The notes under the pieces are model-generated. The model saw only the letters and a program-made list of their open reading frames with translations. It did no database searches and was not told the origin of the DNA. From positions 1,376,001 through 1,440,000 of the forward strand of contig CM000155.2 of the NCBI GenBank assembly GCA_000004695.1: a stretch of 64,000 bases of DNA, given 5' to 3'. Numbering within the stretch: position 1 is the first letter of the stretch; each line of letters starts with the position of its first letter. This document shows positions 9,822-25,335 of the stretch, in pieces. The stretch is from Dictyostelium discoideum. Its lineage: Eukaryota. Position numbers and translations under genes: made by a program.

Positions 9822-11600
9822 ATGGATGACTATAGTATTTTATTTAAAATTATTAAAACTGAAGAGATTAAAAATAATAATGAAATAGATATAATTTTTT
9901 TTAAAGTTTGGAGAAATAAATTTATTTTAAATGAAATTAATCTTCATCAAAGATTATATAATTTAAATGAAAAAAAGAAATTTAAAATTTGTAAAGATTT
10001 TCATGAATTTAAATATAAAGAATATGTAAAAGATTTAACTATTTCAAGTAATGATGAAAATACATTTACAAATCAATTTAAAGTACCAAAAGGTATTTTC
10101 AAATTAACATTTTCAAATTTAAATAGAGAATTTAATATTAGAAATGTAATTCCATCAACGGTAACTCATTTAAAATTTGGTGATGAATTTAATAAACTTT
10201 TGTCACCTGGTGATATTACAAAGGGTGTTAAACATTTAGAATTTGGTAAAAAATTCAATCAACCATTTACAAATGCAGGTGTAATTCCATCAACTGTTGA
10301 AACTATAAAATTTGGAAATTTTAATAAAATTTTAAAAAAGGGTGATATACCAATGGGTGTTAGATCGGTAGAGTTTGGTTCACATTTTGATAAACCATTA
10401 AAGAATTTACCATTATCAATTGAATCATTAAAATTTGGTAGTAGATTTGGAAGAGCATTCGATGCATCACAATTACCAAGTTTGATAACTAAAATCTATG
10501 GATTTGCATCAACAGAACCATTGAAAAGCTACCAAATTCCAAGAGTTACAAGTTTACATTTCGATTCATATTATCGTCATAAATTTGAAGCTGATACATT
10601 ACCAAATGGATTATTACACTTGGATTTAAAAGATTATTCAGAAGTATATGTAATTGAAAAAGATGTTTTACCAAAAACATTGGAAAAGTTGGAACTTCCT
10701 TATAGATATAATCATAGAATTGAAATTGGTGTTTTACCTCAAACCTCTTTGAAAACTTTATACTGTTATTCAGATTACCAATATCCTTTAGAAGATAATG
10801 TTTTACCAAAATCATTAACAGAATTAACATTTGGTATTAAATCAGATATAATATTCACCAATTGTAAATTACCATCAAATATTAAAAATTTAGAATTAAA
10901 TTATTTTAATGATCCATTAAAAGATATTTTACCAAGTAAATTAGAATCATTGAAAATTAAAGGACTAAATCAGAATATTGAATTGGGTAATTTACCAAAA
11001 TCATTAAAGGAAATAACATTCTCACATAATTTTAATAACATTTTAGAAGTGAATGTTTTACCTTTAAATTTGGTTAAATTGGACTTAGGTGGTTATAATC
11101 AACCTCTACGTAAAGGTGTCATTCCAAATAGTGTTTTAATTTTAAAATTAAATACATTTGATAAAATTTTAAAAGTTGGTGATTTACCAAACTCAATAAT
11201 TTCATTGGAAATGGTGTGTTATAATCAACCTTTAATATCAAGAGTTTTACCAAATGCTTTAAAGAAATTAAAATTTGGAGATTTCAATTCAAGATTTGAA
11301 ATTGATTCTTTACCAAATACATTAACTCATTTGGAATTTAAAAGATTTAAACAAATTATTCCATCTGGTTATTTACCAAATAGTATTGAATATTTAAAAT
11401 TAGGTGATTATTTTAATCAACCTTTAAAAGGTGTAATACCATCATCAGTTACAAGTTTAAATATTGATAATTATTATTTCGATCAAGAATTATACCATTT
11501 ACCAAAATCTTTAAAAATTTTATACTTTGATAAATTAAAAAAGGATAAATTATTATCAACTTTACCAATTGACCATTCAATAATAATATTTAATGAATAG
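9822..11600 (+). CDS. FNIP-repeat protein (about 592 aa), single exon
   Basis: ATG at 9822 in-frame with track ORF 9726..11600; upstream codons are a poly-T 5' leader. Dozens of about 22-aa repeats with L/IP-x-S/T-L/V-x-x-L-x-F/L-G-x-x-FN-Q/K-x-L/I (e.g. FGDEFNKLLSPGDITKGVKHLEFGKKFNQPFTNAGVIPSTVETIKFGNFNKIL), the dictyostelid FNIP repeat. Confidence 0.85.
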   Translation: MDDYSILFKIIKTEEIKNNNEIDIIFFKVWRNKFILNEINLHQRLYNLNEKKKFKICKDFHEFKYKEYVKDLTISSNDENTFTNQFKVPKGIFKLTFSNLNREFNIRNVIPSTVTHLKFGDEFNKLLSPGDITKGVKHLEFGKKFNQPFTNAGVIPSTVETIKFGNFNKILKKGDIPMGVRSVEFGSHFDKPLKNLPLSIESLKFGSRFGRAFDASQLPSLITKIYGFASTEPLKSYQIPRVTSLHFDSYYRHKFEADTLPNGLLHLDLKDYSEVYVIEKDVLPKTLEKLELPYRYNHRIEIGVLPQTSLKTLYCYSDYQYPLEDNVLPKSLTELTFGIKSDIIFTNCKLPSNIKNLELNYFNDPLKDILPSKLESLKIKGLNQNIELGNLPKSLKEITFSHNFNNILEVNVLPLNLVKLDLGGYNQPLRKGVIPNSVLILKLNTFDKILKVGDLPNSIISLEMVCYNQPLISRVLPNALKKLKFGDFNSRFEIDSLPNTLTHLEFKRFKQIIPSGYLPNSIEYLKLGDYFNQPLKGVIPSSVTSLNIDNYYFDQELYHLPKSLKILYFDKLKKDKLLSTLPIDHSIIIFNE

Positions 11601-11817
11601 TTTTTTAAATAAAAATTAAAAAAAAAATATATAAAAAAAAAAAAAAAAAGGGTGAATTTAAATGTTTTTCAAAATTATGTATCTAAAAATAAATAATTTA
11701 ATCTAAAAAAATATTAATTCATTTAACAGGGTGGGTGTAAAATAAAAAAAAATATTTTATGCCAACTTTTTTTTTTTTTTTAATTTTTATTTTTTATTTA
11801 TAATAGTTTCTAAACAT

Positions 11818-11851
<34 letters not shown>

Positions 11852-11933
11852 TTTCAAAATTTTATTTTTTTTATTTTTTTTATTTTTTATTTTTAACTTT
11901 TTTTTAAAAAGTGTTACTTCACTTTAGTTCACA

Positions 11934-12066
11934 ATGGACGATATTCATAATAATAATGAAAACATTCAAAATGATTATGACAATATTGTAATATTATCAG
12001 AACAAGAATCAATTAAAAATCAAATTGACATTGATTTTAGTATTGAACAATTTAGTGATAATAATA

Positions 12067-12097
<31 letters not shown>

Positions 12098-12100
12098 TAG

Positions 12101-12140
<40 letters not shown>

Positions 12141-13049
12141 GATAATGATAATGATAATGATAATGATAATATAGATAATACCAGTATTATTTGTGAAGAT
12201 TATGACGATAAAATAAATATTATTAGCGATAATAATATTAATAATAATATTAATAATAATAATAATATTAATAATATTAAATACGATAATAAATGTATTT
12301 TTCATAAAGAACAAGATTATAGATTCATTTGTAGTGATTGTCAAGTACCAGTATGTGATATGTGTATAGTTAGTTCAGAATATCATAGATCTCATGTATT
12401 TGATTTAATTAATCAAGTTAATACAGCTACATTATTTCAAGATTTTAAGAATAAACATTTTCAAAATTTAGATCATTGTTTAGAGAGTATTAAAGAATCA
12501 GTCAACGATTCTAATGAAATCTATAAGAATTTAAATGAAGAACATAATCAAAATGTAAATATTGTAACTAAAGAATTTAAAGAGATTCACTCACTTTTAG
12601 AATCAATTGAAAAGGATATCATTAACAGATTAAATAGTCATCATGATGAAAATAAAGAAACCAATGAAAAAATTACAACAACTGCAAATGATCACATTAA
12701 AAATGTTGATCAATTATTAAGTAAATATAGATACTCAATCAATGATTATAATATTGATGAAATTTTTAATAATAGTAATAATAGCAATAATAATAATTGT
12801 GGTAGTAGTAATCGTCAACATATAGAATTATTAAAACATAGTTATCAAACCCAAATATTATTAAATGAACAAGATGATGATAATACACTCAATAAATTAA
12901 TAAGTGAATATAATAAAATTTCATTAATAAATTCAATTGATCTCGTTAAAAATTCAATTAAAGATACTTTTCAAATTCAACCAAATAGTCTTTATTCTGA
13001 AGATTCAAAAGATCCAAAAAGAGTTAAAGGTAATTAATTAATTTTTATA

Positions 13050-13081
<32 letters not shown>

Positions 13082-13603
13082 ATTTTTTTTAAAAAAAAAA
13101 CTAATAATTTTTTATTTTTTATTTTTTTTTAATTTTTATTAGTTGGTATTGATGAATTTTTCATTTATAAAAATGGTTGTGTTATACCGAATGGTGTTGT
13201 AAATTTAGCATTAGGACCAAGTATTAAAAAATTAACAGTTGGTTCAATTCCATCAACTATAAAGAGATTGGTTTTATTAGATGGTTTTAAAGTTCAACTT
13301 ACTGAAGGACTATTACCAAATACAATTAAATCATTACTTGTTGGTGCTATTAAAAAACCATTACTTAAAGGTTCAATACCTGCTGGCGTAGCTTACTTAT
13401 TTTTATTGGATGGTTTTGATCAAGAAATCGTTGAAATACCACGTAATGTCTCTGAAATTTTCCTTTATAATACTACTTTCATCGTTCCAATCACATATAA
13501 AGGTAATCTTTATAAGAAACCAACTTATAAACAATATACTTTATTCGGTCCAACTGCTCATGCTTGGAGTGGTGGTGGTTGGGAAGTTAAAGTTGAAATG
13601 TAA
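11934..13603 (+). CDS. Paralogue C (intact): B-box zinc finger + coiled coil + FNIP-like repeats; exons 11934-13029 and 13143-13603
   Basis: B-box read directly: CIFHKEQDYRFICSDCQVPVCDMCIVSSEYHRSH. Poly-N/D acidic N-terminus. Intron 13030-13142 (GTAATT...TTTTATTAG), phase 1, joins ..KDPKRVK-G to VGIDEFFIYKNGCVIPNGVVNLALGPSIKKLTVGSIPSTIKRLVLLDGFKVQL.., the frame of track ORF 13268..13603. Confidence 0.8.
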
Positions 13604-14051
13604 AAAAAAAAAAATAATAATAATAGTAGTACTAGAAGTAAAAAAAAAAAAAAACCAAACAGAAAACAAAACAAAAAAAAATAAAAAAAATTTCAAAGAA
13701 TATTCCAGATATCTTTTAAAACATATTTAATCATTTCAAGTGATATTTTATGAGTTTCAATTTGTTTAGATAAATTATAAATTATAAAAAGATTATTTTG
13801 TATCTAAAAATGGTTATTTAAATTTTTTTTTTTTTTTTTTTTTTTTTTTCAATTCTATTTCATGTTATTTTTAGGAAATCAATAAACCAAACCGAAAAAA
13901 AAAAAAAAAAAAAATAAAAATAAAAAAAATAAAAAAAAAAAAAAATTTTCTAAAAACGAACTCGTTTTAGTTTTTTCATTTTTTTTTATTTTTTATTTTT
14001 TTTATTTTTTTTTTAATTATTACATTTAATATTTAAATATATAAATATAAA

Positions 14052-17000
14052 ATGTTTTTAACTAAAAGAGTTTCTTCTTTAGTTAAAACAAATAATTTTA
14101 AATTAAATAGTAGTATTAGTAGTATTAATTCAATTAGATCATTAAAAGATGATCAAGAATCACAACAACAACAACAACAACAACAACAATATTATTCAAC
14201 AAAAAGAAATGTATCATCAAATTTAAAGAAATTAACCAAAAAACCAACAGTTGTAAAAAGTAAAACACCAAAAAGAATTTCAGAAATGAGTAGATTATTA
14301 TCAAAATTAACAATGGAAGATCCAGATGGTATTGATGATTCACCAATTGTTGGAGATGATAAAGAATACAATATGGAGGAGGATGATTATGATAATAATG
14401 ACGAAGAGAATGAATTTCAATTTGATTCAAAATTAAAATTTGATACAACACAAGATAATCAATTATATAAAAAAGAAAATATTCAAGAAACAGAAATCGA
14501 TAAAAATAAAGAAGATAATTATTTTAATAATAATAATAATAATAATACACAAAATTCATCATCATCATCAGATAATATTAAAAAAGATAAAAAAACAATA
14601 GATGAAGAAGTTAGATTAGAATTTTGGGCTAAACAAATGGCATTACGTGATTCATTGAAAAATGATGGTGGTAAATATTTATTAGATGAAGAATCTTATC
14701 AAGAACCAATTAAAAACTATAAAATACTTGGTAGAAAATTAATGCAACGTCGTCAAGTTGAAAAAGAAAAAGAAATAGATGATAAAAAAAAATTAAAAGA
14801 GAAATTAAAATTAGAGAAAATTAAAGAATTAGGTTTAGATTTAAATTTAATTGAACAAGAAAATGAAAAAAATAAATTAAAATCTGAAGAAGCTTTAAAA
14901 GATTTATTAACAAAAGAAGAATTTGAATCATATAAAAAATCAAATAATAATAATAAAAATGATAATGAAGAAGACGAAGAAGGAGAAGAAGAAGAAGAAG
15001 AATATGATGAAGAGGATGATGATGATGATGGTATTTATGATAATATGATTGATGGTGATAGAAATCAAGGACTTGTTGATATAGATATTGGTTTACCAAA
15101 TCTTACAAGATTAAATCCATATACACCAGTACCACCACCAATTGAAATTGTTCAAGAATTATTAGAGATTAGAAAACAAGAATTAATTAAAAAAACTGAA
15201 CAATCTTCAGATGATTTCGAAAAAAGACGTCGTATAAAGAGAATTGAATTCATTGCAAAGAAAAAAGAATTACAACATAAACAAATGTTGGAAAGACATA
15301 AAAGAATGGGTTTATATGATTCAATTGTAACTGATGAAGATGAATTACCAATTGAAATCGATCCAAAAGTATTTAGTCGTTATCAAGCTGGTGATATCAC
15401 TGAACAAGAAATGTTAGATATTAGTAAAATTGAAAATAAACAAGAAAGACAAAGACAAATTAAATCAAGAATTGAAGCAAAAAATAAGAAAATTTCAAAA
15501 CAAGATAGAAATAATAATGAAGTTATTATTAAAGGTCAAGAAAATAATGAAGTAAATGAAAATATTAATAAAGAAGTTGAAAATGATGATGAAGAAGATG
15601 ATGATTATGAGGATGATGAGGATGAAGATGAGGATGATGATGATGATTATGATGATGATGATGATGATGATTTTATGAAACCATCAAGAAAGAATACAGA
15701 ATTTTTAAGACATTGGAAAATTGGTAGTATTGGTGTACCACCATTATTAAAGAAAAAGATTACATCAGCAATTAAAGAATATCCAACTGGTCAATTAAGA
15801 AATGATGCAGCATTATTATCTGAACAATTAAGAAGTAGAACTAGATTAGGTAAAGCTATTGGTTCAACTAATATAGTTGTTAAACCAGAGGATAGACCAG
15901 TGATTACCTATGGTAAAGGTCAAGTACTTGCATATATTTCTCATAGAATGCCAGGTGTTTATGCATGTACACATCGTGTATTTAGTGAGATTAACAGTAG
16001 ATTACCAAATTTCAAACCAACTTCATTATTAGATTATGGTTCTGGTCCTGGTACTGTATTATGGTCAGCAGATACAATTTGGGGTGACTCAATTAAAAGA
16101 ATTAGAGCAGTTGAACCAAGTACCTATATGAGTGATGTTGCAAAGAAACTATTGGAAGGTAATACAAATCGTGTTAAATGGTCACCTTATTTAAATACTG
16201 CCAATTTGAAGAGACAAGATGGTACAATTCCTTCAACTGAACTTAATGAAATGGTCACTGCTTCCTATGTACTATCAGAGTTACCAAGTCAAGAAGCACG
16301 TAATGATTTAGTTAGAGAGTTATGGAGTCATGTTAAACCATCGGGTATTTTGGTGTTAATTGAACCTGGTACTCCAATTGGTTTCAATATTATCAAAGAG
16401 GCAAGACAATTGATATTGGATGAAGAACCTGAAATATTAAGTATATACAAATCAACCAAAGCACAAGTAGTTGCACCATGTCCACATAGTGGTAAATGTC
16501 CAATGGGTAGTTTATCATGGTGTCATTTCTCTCAACGTGTTGAACGTCCAGTATTCCAAAAACTTGCAAAAGGTCCACATTCAACAATGCCATATGAAGA
16601 TGAAAAATATTCTTATATCGTCTTATCAAAGGTTGTACATTCATCAATTCAAAATCAATTGGAGAAACAATTACAAATCTATCCAACAGAAGAGTTGGAA
16701 CCAACTAAAAATTGGTCACGTTTAATTGAAGCACCTCTAAAGAGAGGTGGTCATGTTATTATGGATGTTTGTTCACCAAATGGTTCATTAAATAGAGTTA
16801 CTGTCGCAAGATCACATGGTAAACAAATGTATAGAGAAGCTAGAAAATCATTTTGGTCAGATTCTTTCGTTGTAGATCCTGAATTAATTGATCATCATGA
16901 AGGTAGATTCAATAGAAATGAAGAAATTGAAAATAAATTAAAACAAGAAGAAGCTGAAAAACTTGAAGAAATTAAAAAACAAAAGAAAAAATCACAATCA

Positions 17001-17777
17001 TTTTTACAAGATGATCTTGTTGATGAGGATCAAGATGATGATGAATTATCAATTGAAAATGGTGATGCTGATGGTGGTAAATCATTAACAAAGAGCGAAA
17101 AGAAAGAAAAAGAAAGAAGAAATAATAAAGATTGGATGAATGAATTACAAGGTACTGATAGAAGAGTATTAGAGAAATTAATTAAACAAGGTAAATTCAC
17201 TGAAAAATCCGGTGGTTTATTCGGTTCACAAGATAATACACCAGCTTCAGATTATGGTACAAATGAAATGGAATTTGGTTTCCAAGAAGAGGATGATGAC
17301 TTGGATGATGAAAATGATGATGAAAGCTATAGAAAGAAGAAACCAATGACTATTGCAGATTTTAAAGAAACTTCTAAAACTAGAAAACTTAGAAAAGAAA
17401 AATTACAAAAAGATTTAAATCAATTTAGAAAACAAACAATGTCACCAGAAGAATTGAAAATACAAGAAGAAAAAGAAAATGAAATTAAAAATAGATCAAA
17501 AATTTATAAAGAAAGTAATCCAAAGAAAATTGAATATTATCTTAAAAATTTCGATAATGAAAATGCTTTAGTAAATCAAGATACCATTTTACAACGTCAA
17601 CAAAATAGATTAGAAAATCAACAAACAATGAGAGAAACTTTCGAAAATATTAAAAATGGTTTAAGTATTGCTTCAAATAAAGATAAATTATTAAAAGAAA
17701 AAGAAAAAATGGATAAATTTAGAAAATTTAAAAAACAACTTGAAAAACAACAAAATGATGTTGATAATGTTGATTAA
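14052..17777 (+). CDS. Rsm22/METTL17-family mitochondrial ribosome-associated class-I methyltransferase (1241 aa) with long acidic/K-rich low-complexity N- and C-terminal extensions
   Basis: Central domain read directly: SLLDYGSGPGTVLW (SAM-binding GxGxG motif I), ..VLIEPGTP.., and Cys cluster APCPHSGKCPMGSLSWCHF typical of the Rsm22/METTL17 C-terminal metal site. N-terminus MFLTKRVSSLVKTNNFKLNSSISSINSIRSL looks like a mitochondrial presequence. Single exon. Confidence 0.75.
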   Translation: MFLTKRVSSLVKTNNFKLNSSISSINSIRSLKDDQESQQQQQQQQQYYSTKRNVSSNLKKLTKKPTVVKSKTPKRISEMSRLLSKLTMEDPDGIDDSPIVGDDKEYNMEEDDYDNNDEENEFQFDSKLKFDTTQDNQLYKKENIQETEIDKNKEDNYFNNNNNNNTQNSSSSSDNIKKDKKTIDEEVRLEFWAKQMALRDSLKNDGGKYLLDEESYQEPIKNYKILGRKLMQRRQVEKEKEIDDKKKLKEKLKLEKIKELGLDLNLIEQENEKNKLKSEEALKDLLTKEEFESYKKSNNNNKNDNEEDEEGEEEEEEYDEEDDDDDGIYDNMIDGDRNQGLVDIDIGLPNLTRLNPYTPVPPPIEIVQELLEIRKQELIKKTEQSSDDFEKRRRIKRIEFIAKKKELQHKQMLERHKRMGLYDSIVTDEDELPIEIDPKVFSRYQAGDITEQEMLDISKIENKQERQRQIKSRIEAKNKKISKQDRNNNEVIIKGQENNEVNENINKEVENDDEEDDDYEDDEDEDEDDDDDYDDDDDDDFMKPSRKNTEFLRHWKIGSIGVPPLLKKKITSAIKEYPTGQLRNDAALLSEQLRSRTRLGKAIGSTNIVVKPEDRPVITYGKGQVLAYISHRMPGVYACTHRVFSEINSRLPNFKPTSLLDYGSGPGTVLWSADTIWGDSIKRIRAVEPSTYMSDVAKKLLEGNTNRVKWSPYLNTANLKRQDGTIPSTELNEMVTASYVLSELPSQEARNDLVRELWSHVKPSGILVLIEPGTPIGFNIIKEARQLILDEEPEILSIYKSTKAQVVAPCPHSGKCPMGSLSWCHFSQRVERPVFQKLAKGPHSTMPYEDEKYSYIVLSKVVHSSIQNQLEKQLQIYPTEELEPTKNWSRLIEAPLKRGGHVIMDVCSPNGSLNRVTVARSHGKQMYREARKSFWSDSFVVDPELIDHHEGRFNRNEEIENKLKQEEAEKLEEIKKQKKKSQSFLQDDLVDEDQDDDELSIENGDADGGKSLTKSEKKEKERRNNKDWMNELQGTDRRVLEKLIKQGKFTEKSGGLFGSQDNTPASDYGTNEMEFGFQEEDDDLDDENDDESYRKKKPMTIADFKETSKTRKLRKEKLQKDLNQFRKQTMSPEELKIQEEKENEIKNRSKIYKESNPKKIEYYLKNFDNENALVNQDTILQRQQNRLENQQTMRETFENIKNGLSIASNKDKLLKEKEKMDKFRKFKKQLEKQQNDVDNVD

Positions 17778-17938
17778 AAAAAAAAACAAAATAAATAAAA
17801 AAAAAAATAAAAAATAATAATAAAAATCAAATTTACTTTATTTAATTTTAACTGTTGTGTGGGTTATTTATTTATGGTTTTTTTTTTTTTTTTTTAATTT
17901 CCCAAATTTTAATTTTTATTTTTAAAAAATACATTTAT

Positions 17939-18946
17939 TTAAATTAATAAAGTAACTAATAATGATAATAAAATTAAAAAGATTAAAGAGATTGAATTTG
18001 AAGAAGCTGAAGAATCTGAATCAACCCAACTTGGACAAGATGCATTAAGATTGTTAACGAGTTGAAGGAAACCAGTATCTGGATAACGATAAGTTTCACC
18101 TGATTCAGTTTTAATATCAAAGTAATATTGAGCACAATAATTAAAATCGGTAGTTGTCATGTAAGCACCAGCAGTACTTGAACCATAGGTTAAAGTCATA
18201 TCAATTGAATCACCATCAACAAATACTAATTCGATTGAATCGGCAGGCATAGTTTGGTTATAGTAAATTGCAATGAATTGTGGTTTAGTGCCACTTGGGA
18301 AAGTATGATAAGCTGAATAGATTGGAGTATCTGGTAATGAACATGAACCACTTGTAAAATCTTGAGTCCAATATGAGCCATAGGTTGAACCTTTTACATA
18401 AACATGACCAACACCAAGATTACTAGTTGATTTTGACATGATATTCACTCTATGTCCATCATTATCACTTGCATCAGTGGCACAAATACTGCCGACTTTA
18501 TCACAAAGTAATTGATTATTAGTTTGTATTCCCGAAGAATAACCAGCTGCGATATTCTCTGATCTTGAACCAGCATTTGAACATGTAATAAATGAATTGA
18601 AACGTTTCCAAATATCAGTTCCATCACATGAATTATGACTGAAACATGGATATGTTGCCATATCATTTGAATGGAATCTAGCCAAATCATTGAGTGTACT
18701 ATTATACCATACTGGTGGAACTGCTGGAACATTTAAAATATTCTCTAATCCCATACTCTTATAATCATTCATATAGTTGGCCTTATATTGTGCTGGAAAC
18801 ATTCTTACCAAATTCACTAAATTATGTGATTCTCTTTCGAAATGACTTGGATATCCTTCTTCTGATTCACCATATGCTGAAACTTGATTAACCATTAAAA
18901 GGCTTGAAATAAAAATACAAATTACTAAATTATAAATAATTCTCAT
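17939..18946 (-). CDS. Secreted CAP/PR-1 (SCP-like) domain protein with N-terminal signal peptide and C-terminal hydrophobic GPI-anchor-like tail (335 aa)
   Basis: Signal MRIIYNLVICIFISSLLMVNQVSA. CAP-like motifs HNLVNLVR (HN..R), VWYNSTLNDLARFHSNDMATYPCFSHNSCDG, SENIAAGYSS (GEN-like), GHRVNIMS...GVGHV (GHYTQ-like). Ser-rich stretch followed by SISLIFLILLSLLVTLLI at the C-terminus. Confidence 0.6.
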   Translation of the reverse strand: MRIIYNLVICIFISSLLMVNQVSAYGESEEGYPSHFERESHNLVNLVRMFPAQYKANYMNDYKSMGLENILNVPAVPPVWYNSTLNDLARFHSNDMATYPCFSHNSCDGTDIWKRFNSFITCSNAGSRSENIAAGYSSGIQTNNQLLCDKVGSICATDASDNDGHRVNIMSKSTSNLGVGHVYVKGSTYGSYWTQDFTSGSCSLPDTPIYSAYHTFPSGTKPQFIAIYYNQTMPADSIELVFVDGDSIDMTLTYGSSTAGAYMTTTDFNYCAQYYFDIKTESGETYRYPDTGFLQLVNNLNASCPSWVDSDSSASSNSISLIFLILLSLLVTLLI

Positions 18947-19004
18947 TTTTTTTTTTTTTTTTCTAAACTCGGTCGATCTTTTTTTATATATAGTACAAAA
19001 TTTA

Positions 19005-19041
19005 AATTAATAAATAAAATAAATAAATAAATAAAATAAAA

Positions 19042-19112
<71 letters not shown>
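19005..19112. repeat. (AAAT)n microsatellite, about 27 units, in the 5' flank of the CAP-domain gene
   Basis: aaataaataaat... read directly, 60-170 bp upstream of the minus-strand start codon at 18946. Confidence 0.95.
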
Positions 19113-20695
19113 GTTATAAATAATTTTTTAGAAAAAAAATATTTTTTAAAAAAAAAAAAAAAAACAATCAAACAGATATTTAGCGTTGAAAAAAAAAAAA
19201 AAAAAAGTAAAAATTATAAAATAAAATAAAATTTTAAGCCATCATTTTTTTTTTCAAATAAAATTAATAACGTATATTCTTTAAAAAAAAAAAAACAATC
19301 AGATAGTTTTTATTTATGATTTTTTTTTTTTTAAAAAAAAATTTTATTTTATTTTATTTTTTATTTTATTTCCCAAAAATAAATTTTTTTGATTTTTTTG
19401 ATCTTTTTTTTAAACAATTTTTTTTTATTTTTTTTTTTTTATTTTGATCATATCTCAAACCTTTTATTATTTGAATTTTTAAAATTAAAATTTATTTATT
19501 CTCTCTTTTATAAAATTCGTGCTTCTTGCCAGGCAGATAATAAGTTTTTTTCATTGTTTGAAGCGGCAAAAAAAAAAAAAATATTTTCATTTTTTTTTCA
19601 TTTTATTGTTATAAAAATTCCAAAGTGCGCACTTTTCGAAATTTAAAAATTATTCATATTAATTTTATATATTAACTCCCATGTAAAAATATCCTTGATT
19701 AAAAAAAGTGGGCAAACTTGGATTGTTACAATAAAATGAAAAAAAAATTATCCTTCCAATAGTTCATTTTTATTTTTTATTTTTTTTATTTTAATATGAA
19801 TTTAGTAAAAATAGAGCAACCAAAAATACAAAAACCATAAAAAGTTTAAAAAAATGGGTGCAAACATTTGGATTTTTTTTTTTTTTTTTTTTTTTTTCTA
19901 ATCAAAAATTTTTTATAATATTATTATTATTATTTTTTTTTTTTTTAAACAATGATTTAATTTTAATTTTAGAATTTAATTATTTTTCATTTTTCTTATT
20001 GTTTTTTATTTTGAGGAACAACAAAAGGGAATATGTTTTTTTAAAAAAAATAAAAAATAAAAAAATAAAAAATTGATTTGATTCTATATTATAGAATTGG
20101 TATATATTTTATTTATTTATTTATTATGCCAAATTTTAATTCTTTAAAAAAAATAAAATTAAATAAAAACAAATAAAATAATCCAAATTGAATTAATTCA
20201 TTTTTTGACTTTAAAATTATAAAAAATAGACAATAAAAAAAAAAGGAAAAAAGTTTTTAAATTTTCATTCTGGCCACTCATTTATATTTTTTTTTTTTTA
20301 ATAAAATTTTAAAATAAATAAATGAAAATAAGAAAAATAAAGGTAAAACCAGATTTTTTAAAAAATTTTTGGAAAAAATTATTTGTCAATCGAGCGAGTA
20401 TCTATTTTTGAATAATTAAAAAAAAAAAAAACAACATATGAGGTAAAATTTAAAAATAACAAAAATAGAATAAAAGATAAAAAGATTAAAATTAAAAAAC
20501 GTAACCCAAAACATTTATTTTTCCAACCAAAGCATTGCAATAATAAATTACAAGAAAAATAATTATTTTTCTAATTTTTTTTTTTTTTTTTTTTTTCATT
20601 TTTTTTTTTTTATTTTTAAATTTTTTTTTTCATTTCACAATTTTTCATTTTTTAAAGGGGTTGAAGATTAAATGAATATTTAAAATTCAAAATAA

Positions 20696-23005
<2,310 letters not shown>

Positions 23006-23161
23006 ATTATTTAAATAAAATAAATATTAATAATAGTAGTGGTAGTATTAATTTTGAAACAAATAATTATATATTCTTATATTTTAATCAAATAATTTTT
23101 AAAGTTTTTTTTATTTTTTTTTTAAAGTTTTTTTTATTTTTTTTTTTATTTTTAGTTTTTG

Positions 23162-25335
<2,174 letters not shown>

